Shown one piece after another: positions 1 through 16,492 of a stretch of DNA of 64,000 bases (position 1 is its first letter; each line of letters begins with the position of its first letter). Source of the DNA: the human T2T-CHM13v2.0 reference genome, Homo sapiens; assembly GCF_009914755.1 (NCBI RefSeq), contig NC_060933.1; one strand, given 5' to 3'. The translations under genes were made by a program, and so were the position numbers. The notes beneath the pieces are model-generated. The model did no database searches. It saw nothing but the letters and a program-made list of their open reading frames with translations, and had not been told where the DNA came from.

Positions 1-329
1 ACTCTAAAACTCCATGCAGATACTCAGCTGCCGTGCCTCAACAGCAGTCATAGATACTCCCTTCCAGGAATATTTCTAACGCTTACAACTAAAGGATAAA
101 TATTTCACTTCTTAATAATTCTTACAGAATTAAATGCCATCATCTGTCCTCAGATTAGCATTTTCTAAAGGAAAGAGCAAGTCCTCAGAGGGAAGCAAGA
201 TATCAGCCAGTAATGAATTAGTGTTTTAAGATTTGTACTGAATGCAAAGCTTAACATACCTGTTCTCAGTGTGGTTATATATAAGTATTTGTGAATGGTA
301 GCATCAATGTTTTGAGTTTATCAAGTGTA

Positions 330-505
330 GGACATTGTGGTAAACTATATGCAGCCTCTAACCCTTAAAACACTGTGAGATCAGGAGCAGTATTCCTAGT
401 TTGCAGATGAAGAAATCGAAGCTCAAAGTGTTTAGTAATTTGCTCAGGTGTTACATAGTTAAGAAATAGTAGAGCTGTGGTAAAAACTCAGATGTCTGAT
501 CCAAG
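330..505 (-). mobile_element. MIR fragment
   Basis: Degenerate MIR core 'ttgcagatgaagaaatcgaagctcaaagtgtttagtaatttgctcaggtgttacatag'. Confidence 0.65.
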
Positions 506-824
506 AAAACTTTAATTACTAATCCTTATGGTTAAACACATCTATATCTTTGGGGGGCCAATGAAGCCTTGGTGGGTTTTCCATGCTTTGAATACTTCCC
601 TCAAGAGGCATCTAGATAAACCTAGATGTCAGAAAAATATAAATTTTACCCTGTTGGGAAAAATAGATGCCAAAATTTGCATAGAAGTTTCATAATATGC
701 ATTGTGACTGGTGGTAACCTAACCTATCAGGAGAGGAAGTGGAAATTGTATTCCTAAATAATAAATGAGTTCCCCTGTCTCCAACTTTGGCTTTTTAAGC
801 CTCTTTCAAAAGACCATTGCTTGC

Positions 825-935
825 ACAGTATAAAGGTTAACCCCACCTAGGTTCAAATTCTAATTCTACCTTGATCAAGTTACTTAACATCGGGCTTAAT
901 TTTCTCATCTATAAAATGGGCATTATAATCATATA
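825..935 (+). mobile_element. MIR fragment
   Basis: 'ggttcaaattc...caagttacttaac...tttctcatctataaaatggg' MIR core. Confidence 0.65.
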
Positions 936-937
936 AA

Positions 938-1487
<550 letters not shown>

Positions 1488-2187
1488 ACCAAGTATGGGT
1501 GAGGATATGGAACAACTGGAGCTCTCATACATTGCTGGTGGAAATATAAAATGGTATAACCACTTTGGAAAACTGCTTTGCAGTTTCTGAACAAGTTAAA
1601 CTACATCTACAACATGACCTAGTTATTCTGCCCCTAGGTTTTTATCCAAGAGAAATGAAAACGTATGTCAAAAGAAAAAAAAAGTTGTATATGAAGATTC
1701 ACAGCAGCTTTATTGGTAATAGCCCCAAACTAGAAACAATCCAAATGTCCATCTGCAAGTAAATAGATAGAATAAACAAATTGTGGCATAGCCATACAAT
1801 GGAATATTATTAAACCATTAAAAGGAATGAAGTACTGAGACATACTACAACATGGTTGACTCTCAAAATAATTATGCTGAGTGAAAAAAGTCAGACAAGA
1901 ATGGGTACCTATTGTATGATTTCATTTATATAACATGCTAGAAAATACAAATGAATTGACAGTGATAGAAGCAAATCAGCAGATGCCTTGGGATAGGCAG
2001 AACGGCTGTAGAGGGTTGAGAGGGAGGGAATACAAAGGAACACAAGGAAGCTGTCAGGGATGATGGCATATTCATTATCTTCATCATGATGATGGTTTCC
2101 TGGGTGTGAACACATGTGTAAAATGTAACAAATTGTAGACTCTAAATATGTGTAGCTTATTGTATGTTAATTAGGCCTCAATAAAGC
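1488..2187 (+). mobile_element. L1ME-like 3' end
   Basis: 'gaggatatggaacaactggagctctcatacattgctggtgg' through to 'ctcaataaagc', typical L1M 3' end. Confidence 0.8.
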
Positions 2188-2370
2188 CTTACAATTTTAT
2201 CAGCTCCCAACATGCCCTTTGTCCTGTGAATTGCCCCTGACATAGAGGAGGGGCCACCCGCTGCCACATTTGTACTACATGACCCTGCCTTCCTGGCCAG
2301 AGCAGATCCATCTAATGGCAGGTCACTAAAGATGAGAAACAAAGATATCAACGTTCCAGAGAAAAGGTCC

Positions 2371-2659
2371 AGCTGGGTGTGGTGGCTCATGCCTATAAAT
2401 TTCAGTGCTTTGGGAGGCCGAGGCAAGAGGATTACTTGAGGCCAGGAATTCAAGACCAGCCTGAGCAACAGAGTGACACCCCATCTTTTAAAAAAAAATA
2501 GCCAGGTGTGATAGTGCACATGTGTAATCCCAACTACTCAGGAGGCTGAGGTGGGAGGATCACTTGAGCCCGGGAGTTCAAGGTTACAATGAGCTATAAT
2601 CATGCCACTATACTTCAGCCTCAGCAACAGAACAAGACCTGTCTCTGGGGAAAAAAAAA
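2371..2659 (+). mobile_element. AluJ
   Basis: Dimer with J-type motifs (ggaggatcacttgagccc, accctgtctc-like end); sits in a probable old ERVL/MaLR LTR remnant (~2200-2820). Confidence 0.9.
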
Positions 2660-3111
2660 GGGAAAGGTACATTACTTTCTGCTTCTAGGTCCCTGGAGCT
2701 GTCTAAGCTTGGTCATCCAAGGACTGATTGTTTTAACTTAGGTTTCAAAACTTGAGTGTCCTGTCAATAAATTCCTTTTATGTTAGCTAGCTAGAGTTGG
2801 TTTCTGTTACCTACAACCTTGAGGAAGAAATGAAGTTGCCATTTAATTCATTTATATTTAGTATTCTTTCTATCACAAATGGCCACACCTCCTGTTTTGA
2901 AAATAACATGTTCAGCCAGCTAGGTAGGTGATTCATCCATCTCTTCATTTAACAAACTTTTATCAAATGCTGCAGTATGTGCCAGGCACTGTATCAGACA
3001 TTTTCACTTTCATTCAAATTATACAATAGCCTGTAAAAAAATCTCATTTTACAGTTAAAAAAAGCTAGGCTCAGGGGGCTCCGTTACTTGTTTAAAGTCA
3101 AAGAGTTCCTA

Positions 3112-3496
<385 letters not shown>

Positions 3497-4392
3497 TCAA
3501 CAGTGAGCTCACAACGTCCAGTCACTGCGGCTTGTGGCTTTTGGGAGTCAGGGGTGCCAAGATGTTTCCCTGATGCTGCCTCACGGTGAACAACAGTGTC
3601 AGAGGACTATAGTGCCAGGGCTTTGCCCAACAGGGCTCAACGTCCTGAGAACAGGATGAATTATCTCTTCTGAAAGGCAGGGACAATCAAGGGTCCTTTT
3701 TCCCTGGTGTTGATGCCTATTACCTAGTAATGAAACTGACTCCTAAGTGACAAAGGAGCAGCAAAATTCTTAAAAAAAAAAAAGTCCACCACAACTACAG
3801 GAAACACCTAAGCAATACCACCCCAGCAACAAATCAAAAGATAATGGGCCTCTAATATTCTTCCTGAGAATTCACTGGAACTTTAAACACTTATGAATAG
3901 CTCAGGGTTGAAGCTGCATTTTTACACAGTTGCTAGAAGCACTCCTAATAATTTCTGATGCACATGCACAGGTTAAAGCCACAGACCTCACAATATTTTA
4001 TTTTCCTTGGGGAAGTAAACCTACCAGAACAGAGGGAGATTTTCATTTTCAGTTTTAGAGATTTCAGTAGAGTTTAAATGTGTTGCTTTTGAATTTAAAA
4101 AACGTAATAAAAAGAGGAAATTCATGAATATTCACATTATACATTCTTTCTTATGATCAACTCATAAAAGTATGAAAATTGCCCCAAGTTCATGTGCACT
4201 AAAAATCATTTTTAAGTATCATTTTTAAGAGAAGAAAAGGGAAACAAACATTCAATAATCTGGTCATGTTCAAGTATATTCATATGATAAAAATTACATA
4301 CATATTATAAGTGTTTTCAAACACTAAAATAACATAGGGTAATACTGATGGTTTGTTACACGATAAAAACGATCCTAAAATGTGTGTGGCAT

Positions 4393-5698
<1,306 letters not shown>

Positions 5699-5744
5699 AA
5701 AATGTGTATGGCATATGTTTATTTGCATGTGTCAGGAAGAGAAT

Positions 5745-6215
5745 ATAGCCATCCCCTCTTATTCATGGTTTTGCTTCCCCCCGTTTTAGCTACCCACAAT
5801 CAACTGTGGTCTGAAAATATTAAATGAAAAAATTCTAAAAATAAACAATTCATAAGTTTCAAATATGCACCGTTCTGAGTAATATGATGAAATCTCATGA
5901 CATCCCATTCTGTCCTGCCCTGGACATGAATCATCCTTTTGTCCAACTTGTCCACACCCTAGACACTACTTGCTTGTTAGCCACTTAGTACCTAGGAGTT
6001 ATCATATTGCCGGTCATAGTGTCACAGTGCTTGTTTGTGTTCAAGTTACCCTTACTGTGCTTTATAATGACACCAAAGTGCAAGAGTGGTGATGGTGGCA
6101 TATTGGTATAATTGTTTTATTTTATTATTAGTTATTGTTGTTAATCTCTCACTGTGCCTAATTTGTAAGTTAAACTTTATCATATGCACATATGCATAGG
6201 AAAAAGCATAGTAGG
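5745..6215 (+). mobile_element. MER44-type (Tigger7-derived) DNA transposon
   Basis: 'gaaaatattaaatg...aaataaacaattcataagttt...gtgttcaagttaccctt...caaagtgcaagagtggtgatg' matches recalled MER44B. Confidence 0.8.
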
Positions 6216-6219
6216 ATTT

Positions 6220-7528
6220 GGCCACACACCTATGGCTATCTGATCTTTGACAAAGCTGACAAAAACAAGCAATGGGAAAAAGACTCCCTATTCAATAAAT
6301 GGTGCTGGGATACAGAAGATTAAAACTGGACCCCTTCCTTAGACCATACACAAAAATAAACTCAAGATGGATTCAAGACTTAAATGTAAAATCCAAAACA
6401 ATAAAAATCCTGCAAGACAACCTAGGCAATACCATCCTGGACATAGAAACAGGCAAAGATTTCATGACAAAGACACCAAAAGCAATCACAACAAAAGCAA
6501 AAATTGACAAATGGGACCTAATTAAATGAAAGAGCTTCTGCACAGCAAAAGAAACTATCAACAGAGTAAACAGACAACCTACCAAATGGGAGAAAGTATT
6601 TGCAAACTATGCATCTGACAAAGGCCTAATATGCAGCATCTATAAGGAACTTAAATTTACAGGAAAAAACAAACAACCCCATTAAAAAGTAGGCAAAGGA
6701 CATAAACAGACACTTTCAAAAGAAGACATACATGCAGCCAACAAGCATATGAAAAAAAGCTCAATATCACTGGTCATTAGAGAAAGGCAAATTAAAACCA
6801 CAATGAGATACCATCTCACACCAGTCACAATGGCTATTATTAAAAAGTCAAAACATAACAGATACTGGCAAGGTTGCAGAGAAAAAGGAACACTTATACA
6901 CTGTTGGTAGGAGTGTAAATTAGTTCAACCATTATGGAAAAGCAGTATGATATTTCCTCAAAGAGCTAAAAGCAGAACTACCATTTGACCCAAAAATTCC
7001 ATTTCTGTGTACATACCCTCAGGAATATAAATCATTCTACCATAGAGACACACGCATGCAGATGTTTATTGAGGCACTATTCACAATAGCAAAGACATGG
7101 AATCAACCTAAATGCTCATCAGTGGCAGATTGGATAAAGAAAATATGGTACATACACACCATGGAATACTATGCAGCCATAAAAAAGAATGAGATCATGT
7201 CTTTTGTGGGAAAATGGATGGAGCTGGAGGGCATTATCCTTAGCAAACTAATGCAGGAACAGAAAACTAAATATCACATTGTCACTTACAAGTGGGAGCT
7301 AAATGATGAGAACTTACGAACACACAGAAGGAAATGACAGACACTAGGTTCTACTTGATGGGAGCGTGGGAGGAGGGAGAGGAGCAGAAAAGATAACTAT
7401 TGGGTACTGGGCTTAATACCTGGGAGATTAAATAATCTGTACAGCGAACTCCTATGACACAAGTTTACCTATGTAACAAACTTTCACATGTATCTCTGAA
7501 CTTAAAATAAAAGTTAAAAAAAGAAAAA
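6220..7528 (+). mobile_element. 5'-truncated older L1PA (PA15/16-like)
   Basis: Degenerate ORF2 pieces ([26 protein letters not shown]); 3'UTR 'aggagcagaaaagataactattgggtactgggcttaatacctgg'; A tail. Confidence 0.9.
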
Positions 7529-7849
7529 ATATATCCACATCATGACACTGATGTATCCTGATGAGCAGTGAAGTGTGTAGCAAGTAATTTATTACTACTA
7601 ATAAAACCCCCAAAATTGTAAGTATTTTATCTTTTCATTTTTAATATAAATTAGAACAGACTTACAGTTATCTGTCCAGTAGCCTTACAGACACTCACTC
7701 ATTCACTTGCATCACAATATTTATTGAGTAGAGAAGAAAGAGGCGCAGGAACAGTCATACGCGACCCTGGGTGTGCTGAGGTGGAACATGTCAACAGAGC
7801 ATTGGCCTGTGTGTTACCTGCAGACAAAAAGAAGTTGCAAACCACTGTT

Positions 7850-8187
7850 TTTTTTGGTTTGTTTTTGTTTTGTTTTGTTTTGCTTTGCTTTGCTTTGCTT
7901 TGTTTTGAGACAGAGTCTCGCTCTGTCGCCCAGTCTGAAATGCAACGGCGCAATCTCAGCTCACTGCAACCTCTGACTTTTGGGTTCAAGCGATTCTCCT
8001 GCCTCAGCCTCCCAAGTAGCTGGGACTACAGGCACGTGCCACCATGCCCGGCTAATTTTTTGTATTTTTAGTAGAGACGGGGTTTCACCATGTTAGACAA
8101 GATGGTCTCCATCTTCTGACCTCATGATCCACCCACCTCGGCCTCCCAAAGTACTGGAATTACAAGTGTGAGCCACCGCGCCCGGCC
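7850..8187 (-). mobile_element. AluSc-like
   Basis: Full reverse dimer with (TTTTG/TTTGC)n tail; TSD gcaaaccact(g/a)tt. Confidence 0.93.
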
Positions 8188-8404
8188 GCAAACCACTATT
8201 ATAAATGATCACCAACTGCTACGAGTTCATAATTCAGAACACAAGAGTCTGTTTAACTGTTTAACCACACATAAGTTGAAGGTAATGCAATCTGCCATCT
8301 GTAAGAATATATCTTGGGCTTATGGCAACATTGACTTGCAGTAGTGTTTTTAATACTTTTTTTAAAAAATAAGGGAATGTTTTTCTTTCTCAAATGCAAT
8401 CTCA

Positions 8405-8760
8405 CAATTTATTTGTTTATATAAAAAATTTTTCCTGAGTGCTTACTGTGTGCCAGAAAGCACAGTACTATAGTAACTAATCAAGCAGATGTATCCCTAT
8501 GCACAAGAAATTAGTTACGGAGACAAACAATAAGTCAGGCAAGCATTGAGTAAACAATTAGAAAGAGTGCAAAGTGTCATGAAATAAACGAACAGGGCAC
8601 TGAATGAGGGGGAACCTGCTTACATAGGGAGATCCAAGGAGGGTTCCCTGAGGCAGTTATATACATTTAAGGTGAGACTCAAAGGATCAGAAGGAGACAG
8701 CCATGCAGAGAACAGGGAGGTAGGTGAATGAAGCAAACCAAACCAAAGTTCCTGAGGCTG
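8405..8760 (-). mobile_element. L2 3' fragment
   Basis: 'tgagtgcttactgtgtgccag...ggagggttccctgaggcagt...tttaaggtgagactcaaaggatcagaagga'. Confidence 0.7.
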
Positions 8761-10201
8761 GAAAATAAAAATGTGGAGTGGTGCCAAGTTGCATAACCAT
8801 GTGATTTCTCTCCAGTAAAGCTCAGCAGCCCAGGTAAAGAATAGAAAAGGAATATTTTGGATTGACATAGAACTGGGAATTGGCTGTAGGTGTCATTTAG
8901 GGTCCAAGAGATGGAAAAAATGAAAACATTACTGGAAGAGATCAGTGAGATCCAATATTTACATAGGCAAACCCTCTCTTTTTTTAAAAAAAAAACTTTT
9001 ATGCTATCCTTCTAGAGAACTGACTGTTTTTCATCCATCCTGGAGACATGAAAGCACCCAGAACTGTCACTAAAATCTGAAAGTATCTGGAATGGAGTGA
9101 AAGTTCACATCATCAAGATTATATCATTTCTTAGAAGACAGCCATCATCTATACATTAACAAATGGAGACTAAGGCAGCACTTTCTTCAGTAATTTTCTC
9201 TGATTCCAAGCCCCAACTCAGGGAATATTACAAAATCTGTGATCACTTGCCATGTCTCACATATTATCCACTATTAACATAAATCAAGGCTTCGTGTTTG
9301 TAATTTATGTTTCAGCACTTAGAGAATACCTTGCTAGTTATTTTAAATAGATAAATCAAATCAAAATTTTGTTAATAAAATATTAGAAATGTCATAAGAC
9401 CTCTGATTTATTGAACGATGTCTAACATTCCTGATCTCCATTTATTTCAAGTTTTTAGGAAGAAAAATGGTTAGCTGGCTCATCCTGCTCTTATTTTTAT
9501 TCCTTCATTTAGGAGATTACATCTCAGCTCCAAAGCCATGTTTAATAAGAAGATGTGCAATTTTTAACTGTTGATATTTTAAAAGAGTAAACATGATTAA
9601 GATTAATACACGTAGTCCCAGATATACTCAAATAATGGATTAGTCTGTACAGCACATTTGATTCATGTCTGATAGTCAAGCTTTTTTATTTTGACTTCAT
9701 CCATATACACAGAAATGTACTCCCTTGTTTGCTTAAAAGCCAAAATGGCCTATGCAACAGGAGGAAGTGAATATGGACTGAGGAAGTGGATATGCTAGGT
9801 AGCACATACCAATGACCCAGCTTGTAAACTGTACATATTCACAGGGAAAGACTAGGATGCAGCAAATTAGCATGACAAGACAAAGAAAAAATGGTGTCCA
9901 TGAATTACACAAGTTTCTTTCCAAAAGTAAAGCTCCAGAAGATGAGAATTCAATAAATGGAAAACACGGAAAGGAGAAAGATAAGCACACAGAAGAGAGG
10001 AAAGTATCCTTTCCTCTTCTAGCAAAGAGCTATGTCCATACAGATCTCAAGTCAGAAACTGATCCTCAGTTTTAGGAGCCAACTTGTTTCTGTTTTCCGT
10101 TTGAAGAGTCTGAGGACAAAGGCTTTTGATTGATCTTGGAAATAATAACCAGCCTTCTTCATTTACTATTTGAATCCTCTGTGTGTTCCTTGTACTGGTA
10201 A

Positions 10202-10241
10202 ACACACACACACGCGCACACACACACACACACACATACAC
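10202..10241. repeat. (CA)n microsatellite, interrupted by cgcg
   Basis: acacacacacacgcgcacacacacacacacacacatacac. Confidence 0.95.
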
Positions 10242-10861
10242 TAGATACCGATGAAAATTCAGATAAAACAACACAATGGAGCTAGTCACCTTTTGCTGTG
10301 CATTTCAGAATGCATGTTTCAGAATGCACAGTGAAAGGATTCATAGCCTGGCATTGTACTGTAGGGTCTTCACACGTCGATTTTTCAGTATTTACACAAT
10401 AATAGTATTAAGCACCCATGTGGAAGATCAAACTAAGATTTATTACAAAATGAGAAATAATCCATGACATAAGGTTAAAAAATGTAAAGGAAAATTGGTT
10501 TAATAGTTCCTAAGGTAAATTGTGTCACTCCTACTCAATGTTGATTACATTTAACAAATCATAGAGATCGGGGAGAAAACTTAACTAGATTCAGCAACTA
10601 AATAGCCATTTGATCTAGAAAAACTCAGGAGCTTCAGTTTAGTCATGTATGAGGTAAGAGTATCAAATAGTGTGATTTCTTTGGTGCTTTTTTAGCCTGA
10701 AATACTATGATTGACTCTAAGAGTCATGATATTACTATTATTCTCTTCTATTGGGTATGCTTAACTGACAAATTACTAAAGTTTAATAAAACACTACACT
10801 TTCTAGCCTACGTCTTGCTACCCCTAAGAAATACTGAGCAAGAACATTTAAAGGATATATA

Positions 10862-11155
<294 letters not shown>

Positions 11156-13204
11156 TAAAGGATTTTTAAAACTAATTATTGGTATAAACTGAAACCTAAA
11201 GCAATATTCTCCTTTCAATTTCACTCTTTTCCTTATATGACTTGTCCAAAACCAAAAGAAATATGATACTCTTCTCTCTCCTCATTTATGATAGTTTACT
11301 AATGCTCTATCAGTATACTAACACTAATATTAGTTAATACTAATACTTAACACTATATAACACATTAGTATGAAAACTAGTAACACATTACTCATTGCAC
11401 TCACATTACTCCTTGCACACACATTACCTACACTCACTACATACACATTATAGAACTATCAAAAAAGGGTCAATACTCAAATGGCCAAAAACAAATGCTA
11501 AAAATAGTATAGTTTACCAGAGTGTCAATTTTAAAACCTATACGTATTTTAAAGGTTAAATAAGAAAGAAAAAGAATTGTTTACTATATCCAAAGAGACA
11601 TATGTGGGGACAATCAGGAAAATACAGAAGAGTAACAAGGATTCTAAGCAAAAGTTAATAAATGGCACACCTATTTTATAAGAGAAATAAAGAAGAAAAA
11701 ATGGTTAATACTTAAGCTTAAACTGGGCAAAGATCAAGTTGCCATAAATAATTTTAAACAAGGACTCATAGAATTAGATAACCTAATGTTGAGTCTTTTT
11801 TTGCATTTTCAGATTCTCAATTTCTGTGGCTGACCTTCCAGTGATGTTCCCTATACCATACAATGATGATGAATAAAACAAATGAGTAACCAGATGTTAA
11901 AAGAATGAGCAAAGTCTTTATATTCCTACAGCTTAAAGTCAAAATTCAAAGTTTCCGTTCCAGAGCCTAATAAGATAAAAGAGAAAAATTCATACTTGAA
12001 TTTGTTCCAAAAGAAAGGCCACTTTGTTAAATAAAGCACTTCAGAGCCCTTCTCTCTCTGAAGCTATTGTCATGAGCCATCTCCATCCATGTTCCTATTA
12101 ACACAATACTGTAACTGCCTCTGGCATACGTTTGAAAAGTGTAGTAGCACCTTGATGTAGCATTTCCAATTTCAGGGACGACAGAGAAGAAGGGGACCCA
12201 TGTCTTCTTGGCCAGTAGTGCTAGGAGTTTACCAGTACTGTGTGAAGATGCAGTGGGTTGGAATGGCCAGGCAAACCAGGATATGGGAGGTGTAACTTTG
12301 CCCAGTTACTTAAAGCAGAAGCCATACATGCTTTTCACTTTCCTGAGACCAGAAAGAAAAGAGAAGAATCACTCTCCCTCTCCTTATTCCTGGACAATTC
12401 TAGGAGTCTCACATCTTGGATATTCCTTTGCTCCATTTTGTAGGACTCTTGGCATTATGTGGCCCTGAAGAGATGCCTCAAACACCACATCTAAAATACA
12501 CTGAGGAATGTGTTGTGGGGAGATAGGAAAACTCGCTAGTCCCCTGCTCCAGCCATGGCTCCCATACTGTGCCCAAGGAATCGTTATGAGGAACAAGACT
12601 CATCAGAGCTTACTGCTTTATAATGGCTGTCCACATTAACACTCCCAGAGAACCCTCACTTAAACTACCGCAAGCTCAAAGAGTATAGAGACAGAAAACA
12701 GATGTGTATCTTAGCCCTTCACTGACCTGTAAGGGCAGCAACAAATTGGCCATGTCCCATCCATTTGAACTCAGCCTATGAACCAGAATATTCACTGTCT
12801 AAGGTTGAGGCATCCTTCCTCAATCTCAATTATTCCTCTTCCAAATCCAGGTTTTTTTTCTTGGGCCTCCAACAGCTTTCAAAATTATTTCTGGCAATTC
12901 CTAGTCTTCTGTTAAGGTTGATGTGGCTAGAAGAAAATTGGTTAATGTTAACAGTGGGTCCAGGATCCAAGAGCAGAAGCTTATATCAGTAGGGATCCAG
13001 TTACATGTATCTAACAAAAAAATGGGCTTTTAGTTTGAGGAAATTCCCTATAAAAGAGGCTTTCTTGCAGAACAGGAAAGAAGCTTATGATCTGGTAAAG
13101 TGTTCTGAGAAGAATACTAAATTTGATCCCAAAATGAAAAGGATCCTACTTACGAAGTATTCTTTCTTTAAAATTGAGCACAATCCTGTTAAGCCTTTTA
13201 TATC

Positions 13205-13620
13205 TGCTATAGTTCAGATATGATTTGTTTGGCCCCACCAAATCTCATGTTGAAATTTGATACCCAGTGTTGGAGGTGGGGCTCAATGGGAGGGGTTTGG
13301 GTCATTGGGGTGGAACCCTTATGAATAAATTAATGCCCTCCCTGGGTCCAAGGAATAGTGAATTCTCACTCTATTAGTTCCTGCAAGAACTGATCGTTAA
13401 AAAGAGTCTGGCTCTGTTGCTTCCTCTCTCACCATGTGATCTCTACACAGGCCAGCTGCCCTTTCCCTTCAGCCATGAGTGGCAGCAGCCCGAGGCCCTC
13501 ACCACATGCCTAATCTTGAAGACTCCAGCCAGCAGAACTGTGAGCTAAGTGAATCTATTTTCTTTATCAATTACCCAGCCTCAAGTATTCCTTTGCAGTA
13601 ACACAAAATGGACCAAGACA
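13205..13620 (+). mobile_element. MSTB-like MaLR solo LTR
   Basis: TG...CA ends; 'ggccccaccaaatctcatgttgaaatttgat'; 'aattacccagcctcaagtattcctt'; 5-bp TSD atatc/acatc. Confidence 0.88.
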
Positions 13621-13649
13621 ACATCTAACTACCAATTATTAATAAAATA

Positions 13650-14170
13650 CAGTAGCTAGAGAAACAAGTTAAACAATACCTTGAGGAAAAATCAACCTCA
13701 GAATGTGGAACATTCTGCAAGACTTATGATATGGTTTCTTCCACCAGTCATGGCATTAAAAAAAGTGTGTGTGGGTGTGTGTGTGCTCTTTAGAATGAAT
13801 GAAACTTTAATGACATAACAGCTGACTGCAATGTGTGGACCATATTTAGATCCTAATTTACACAAACCAAATGTGAAAAAGGTCTAGTGATGATCAGGAA
13901 ATTTGAACCTAGAGAGTACAGGGAGATCACAGAGTATGAGATGACTTTAGGAGAAAGTCCTTATCCATTACAAGTCTATTCTGAAGTATTTAAAAGTGAA
14001 ATTTCAAGAAATTTGAAATTTTCTTTAATGTTTTCAAAAAAAAGTAGGGGATTCAATGAAACAAGATGGGAAAATGTTGATCATTGTTGAAACTGAGTTA
14101 CAGGTACATATAGTTTCCTTCCAGTCTCTTGAGAATATTTCAATATTTCCACAATTAAAAAGTTATTTAA
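13650..14170 (+). mobile_element. L1MC-like 3' fragment
   Basis: 'tgcaatgtgtggacc', 'tgaagtatttaaaagtgaa', 'aaaatgttgatcattgttgaaactgag'. Confidence 0.6.
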
Positions 14171-14285
14171 AAGCCAACATATTAACCATTAATCTTTTTA
14201 AAGTGCATAAATATCATTACTATAACATAATTTATCTCAGTATAAAATGGAAATAATCTAAATGTTTTACAGTAGCAAAAACTTA

Positions 14286-14654
<369 letters not shown>

Positions 14655-14959
14655 TTATGCAGCCATTAAAATGACAGAAAGGAGGAGGACAACAAAGAAA
14701 AAGCTTACAGAGTTGTTATTTTTAGAATAAAGACTAAATCTACATTAGAATCATACTCTTTAAAATATGTATGAATATAAACAAAGAGTAGAAGAGTAAA
14801 TAAGAAAAACAGTAAGTTGATATGTCTTTAAAGTGTGGGTTTTCTTACTGGTACTATGATATTGTTTCTGAAACAAAATGAATGCTGACATAAAACAACA
14901 AAAAATTGATCTAGATCTACATATGCTGAAATGTAGCAAGACAGCGTTACATTTGCTTT

Positions 14960-15210
14960 GGAAATAGCATTGGCTTTGGAGTCAGACACTCTTGGCAAGT
15001 TATTTAAACAATCGTACAGTCAGTTTCTTCTTTCTCCATCTCAACAACTGATATAGCCACCCTTCAGGAATGGTACAAGGATTAGAGATGTAAGTCCTTA
15101 GAGATGTGATTGATGTGGTAACAGTAAGCGGGTGATAGGACAACCATCTTGGCATCACAATATTCGGCACATAGTAAACCCTCAATAAACAGTACTTATT
15201 ACTATTATCA
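14960..15210 (+). mobile_element. MIR
   Basis: 'ggctttggagtcagac...ttggcaagttatttaa...ggcacatagtaaaccctcaataaa'. Confidence 0.7.
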
Positions 15211-15689
15211 TATTAAAGGTGGGAGAGTTCTGAGAAAATAGAAAACAGAGATGTGAGCTGATGGTCAAATTCCTGCAGACTTTTATGGCAATATAGCTTT
15301 CACACACACACAAAATGAAGATAGGGAAAAGTATAATGAGGAATTCAAATCTTATCAAGGCCAGTTGGAAGTACGGGTTGGCTGGAGAGGGGCTAAGACT
15401 TGTATGAGGGACATGCAGGGATCACAGGCAGGCAGTGAGGAGGTAAATAAAACCAACCTGTAGGAAAAACTGAGTTCAAACTACTCTGAAGCTTCAAGGC
15501 AAAACCTACAGGATCAGAGGAAGAGGGAGATAAGCATGAAAGGAGAAAAGGATTTAGGGTACAAGGACTGTTTGGGTACCTACATATGTGGCTGAGGGGT
15601 TGGGGCTTTTTGGCAGTGAGAGGCAATCCCTACTTGGAGCTACGATAGATGATACAGTTTCAGAGCTTAAATGAACTGAAATTCATGTA

Positions 15690-15830
15690 AGATGATCTCA
15701 TCCTGTCTCCCCATTCTACAAGATGAGAAAATAAACTTCAGAAAGGGGAGGGCCCTGGGTACCACGGCAAGGTTGTATGGCACAGCTATGCCTAGAATTC
15801 TGGCTTACCCTGAAACCAGTGCTCTTGTGC
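15690..15830 (-). mobile_element. MIR fragment
   Basis: 'cccattctacaagatgagaaaataaacttcagaaagggg'. Confidence 0.55.
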
Positions 15831-16192
15831 CTCGTTATGCTGCCTCCAAGGTGGATGTCCCATTATCATCACCATGTCAATTATTTTTACCCACATTTAT
15901 TAAACAAACGAAGCTCTCTGTGTCTTAAAGCATAAAGTATAAGCACTTATTCTTTTCACCAATATCTTTCATATCAGACGCCCCTTACTGACTTCAAATT
16001 ATTTTGTTGCATGTAACAAAAGAGAATGCAATGAACATTTGTTCTGCAAATGTTCTATCAGCACCTACTATATGTCAGGCACATAAAAACAAATGGCATA
16101 GACACTGTTGTCAAGAAGCCTGCAATACAGTGAAGAATATTATGCACTTTGTAATATTCAATGTGACATGGAATTAAAGAGAATGGAGCTCA

Positions 16193-16457
16193 GGCTGGGT
16201 GCGGTGGCTCACTCCAGTAGTCCCAGCATTTTGGGAGGCTGAGATGGGCAGATCACTTGAGCCCAGGAGTTCGAGACCAGCCTGGGTAACATGGCAAGAC
16301 CCGATCTCCACAGAAAATATAAAAATTAGCATGCACCTGTAGTCCCAGCTACTCAAGAGGCTGAGGTGGGAGGATTGCTTGAGCCTAGGAGGTTGAGGCT
16401 GCAATAAACCAAGATGGCACCACTGCACTCCAGCCTGGGTAACATAGTAAGACTTTG

Positions 16458-16490
<33 letters not shown>
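16193..16490 (+). mobile_element. AluJ
   Basis: Dimer with J motifs; long poly-A; a second A/(AAC)n tract follows at 16523-16560. Confidence 0.9.

Positions 16491-16492
<2 letters not shown>

Noticed and set aside
9733-10075. 85-87-aa ORFs in unique sequence
   Set aside because: No recognisable homology or convincing splice context; expected by chance
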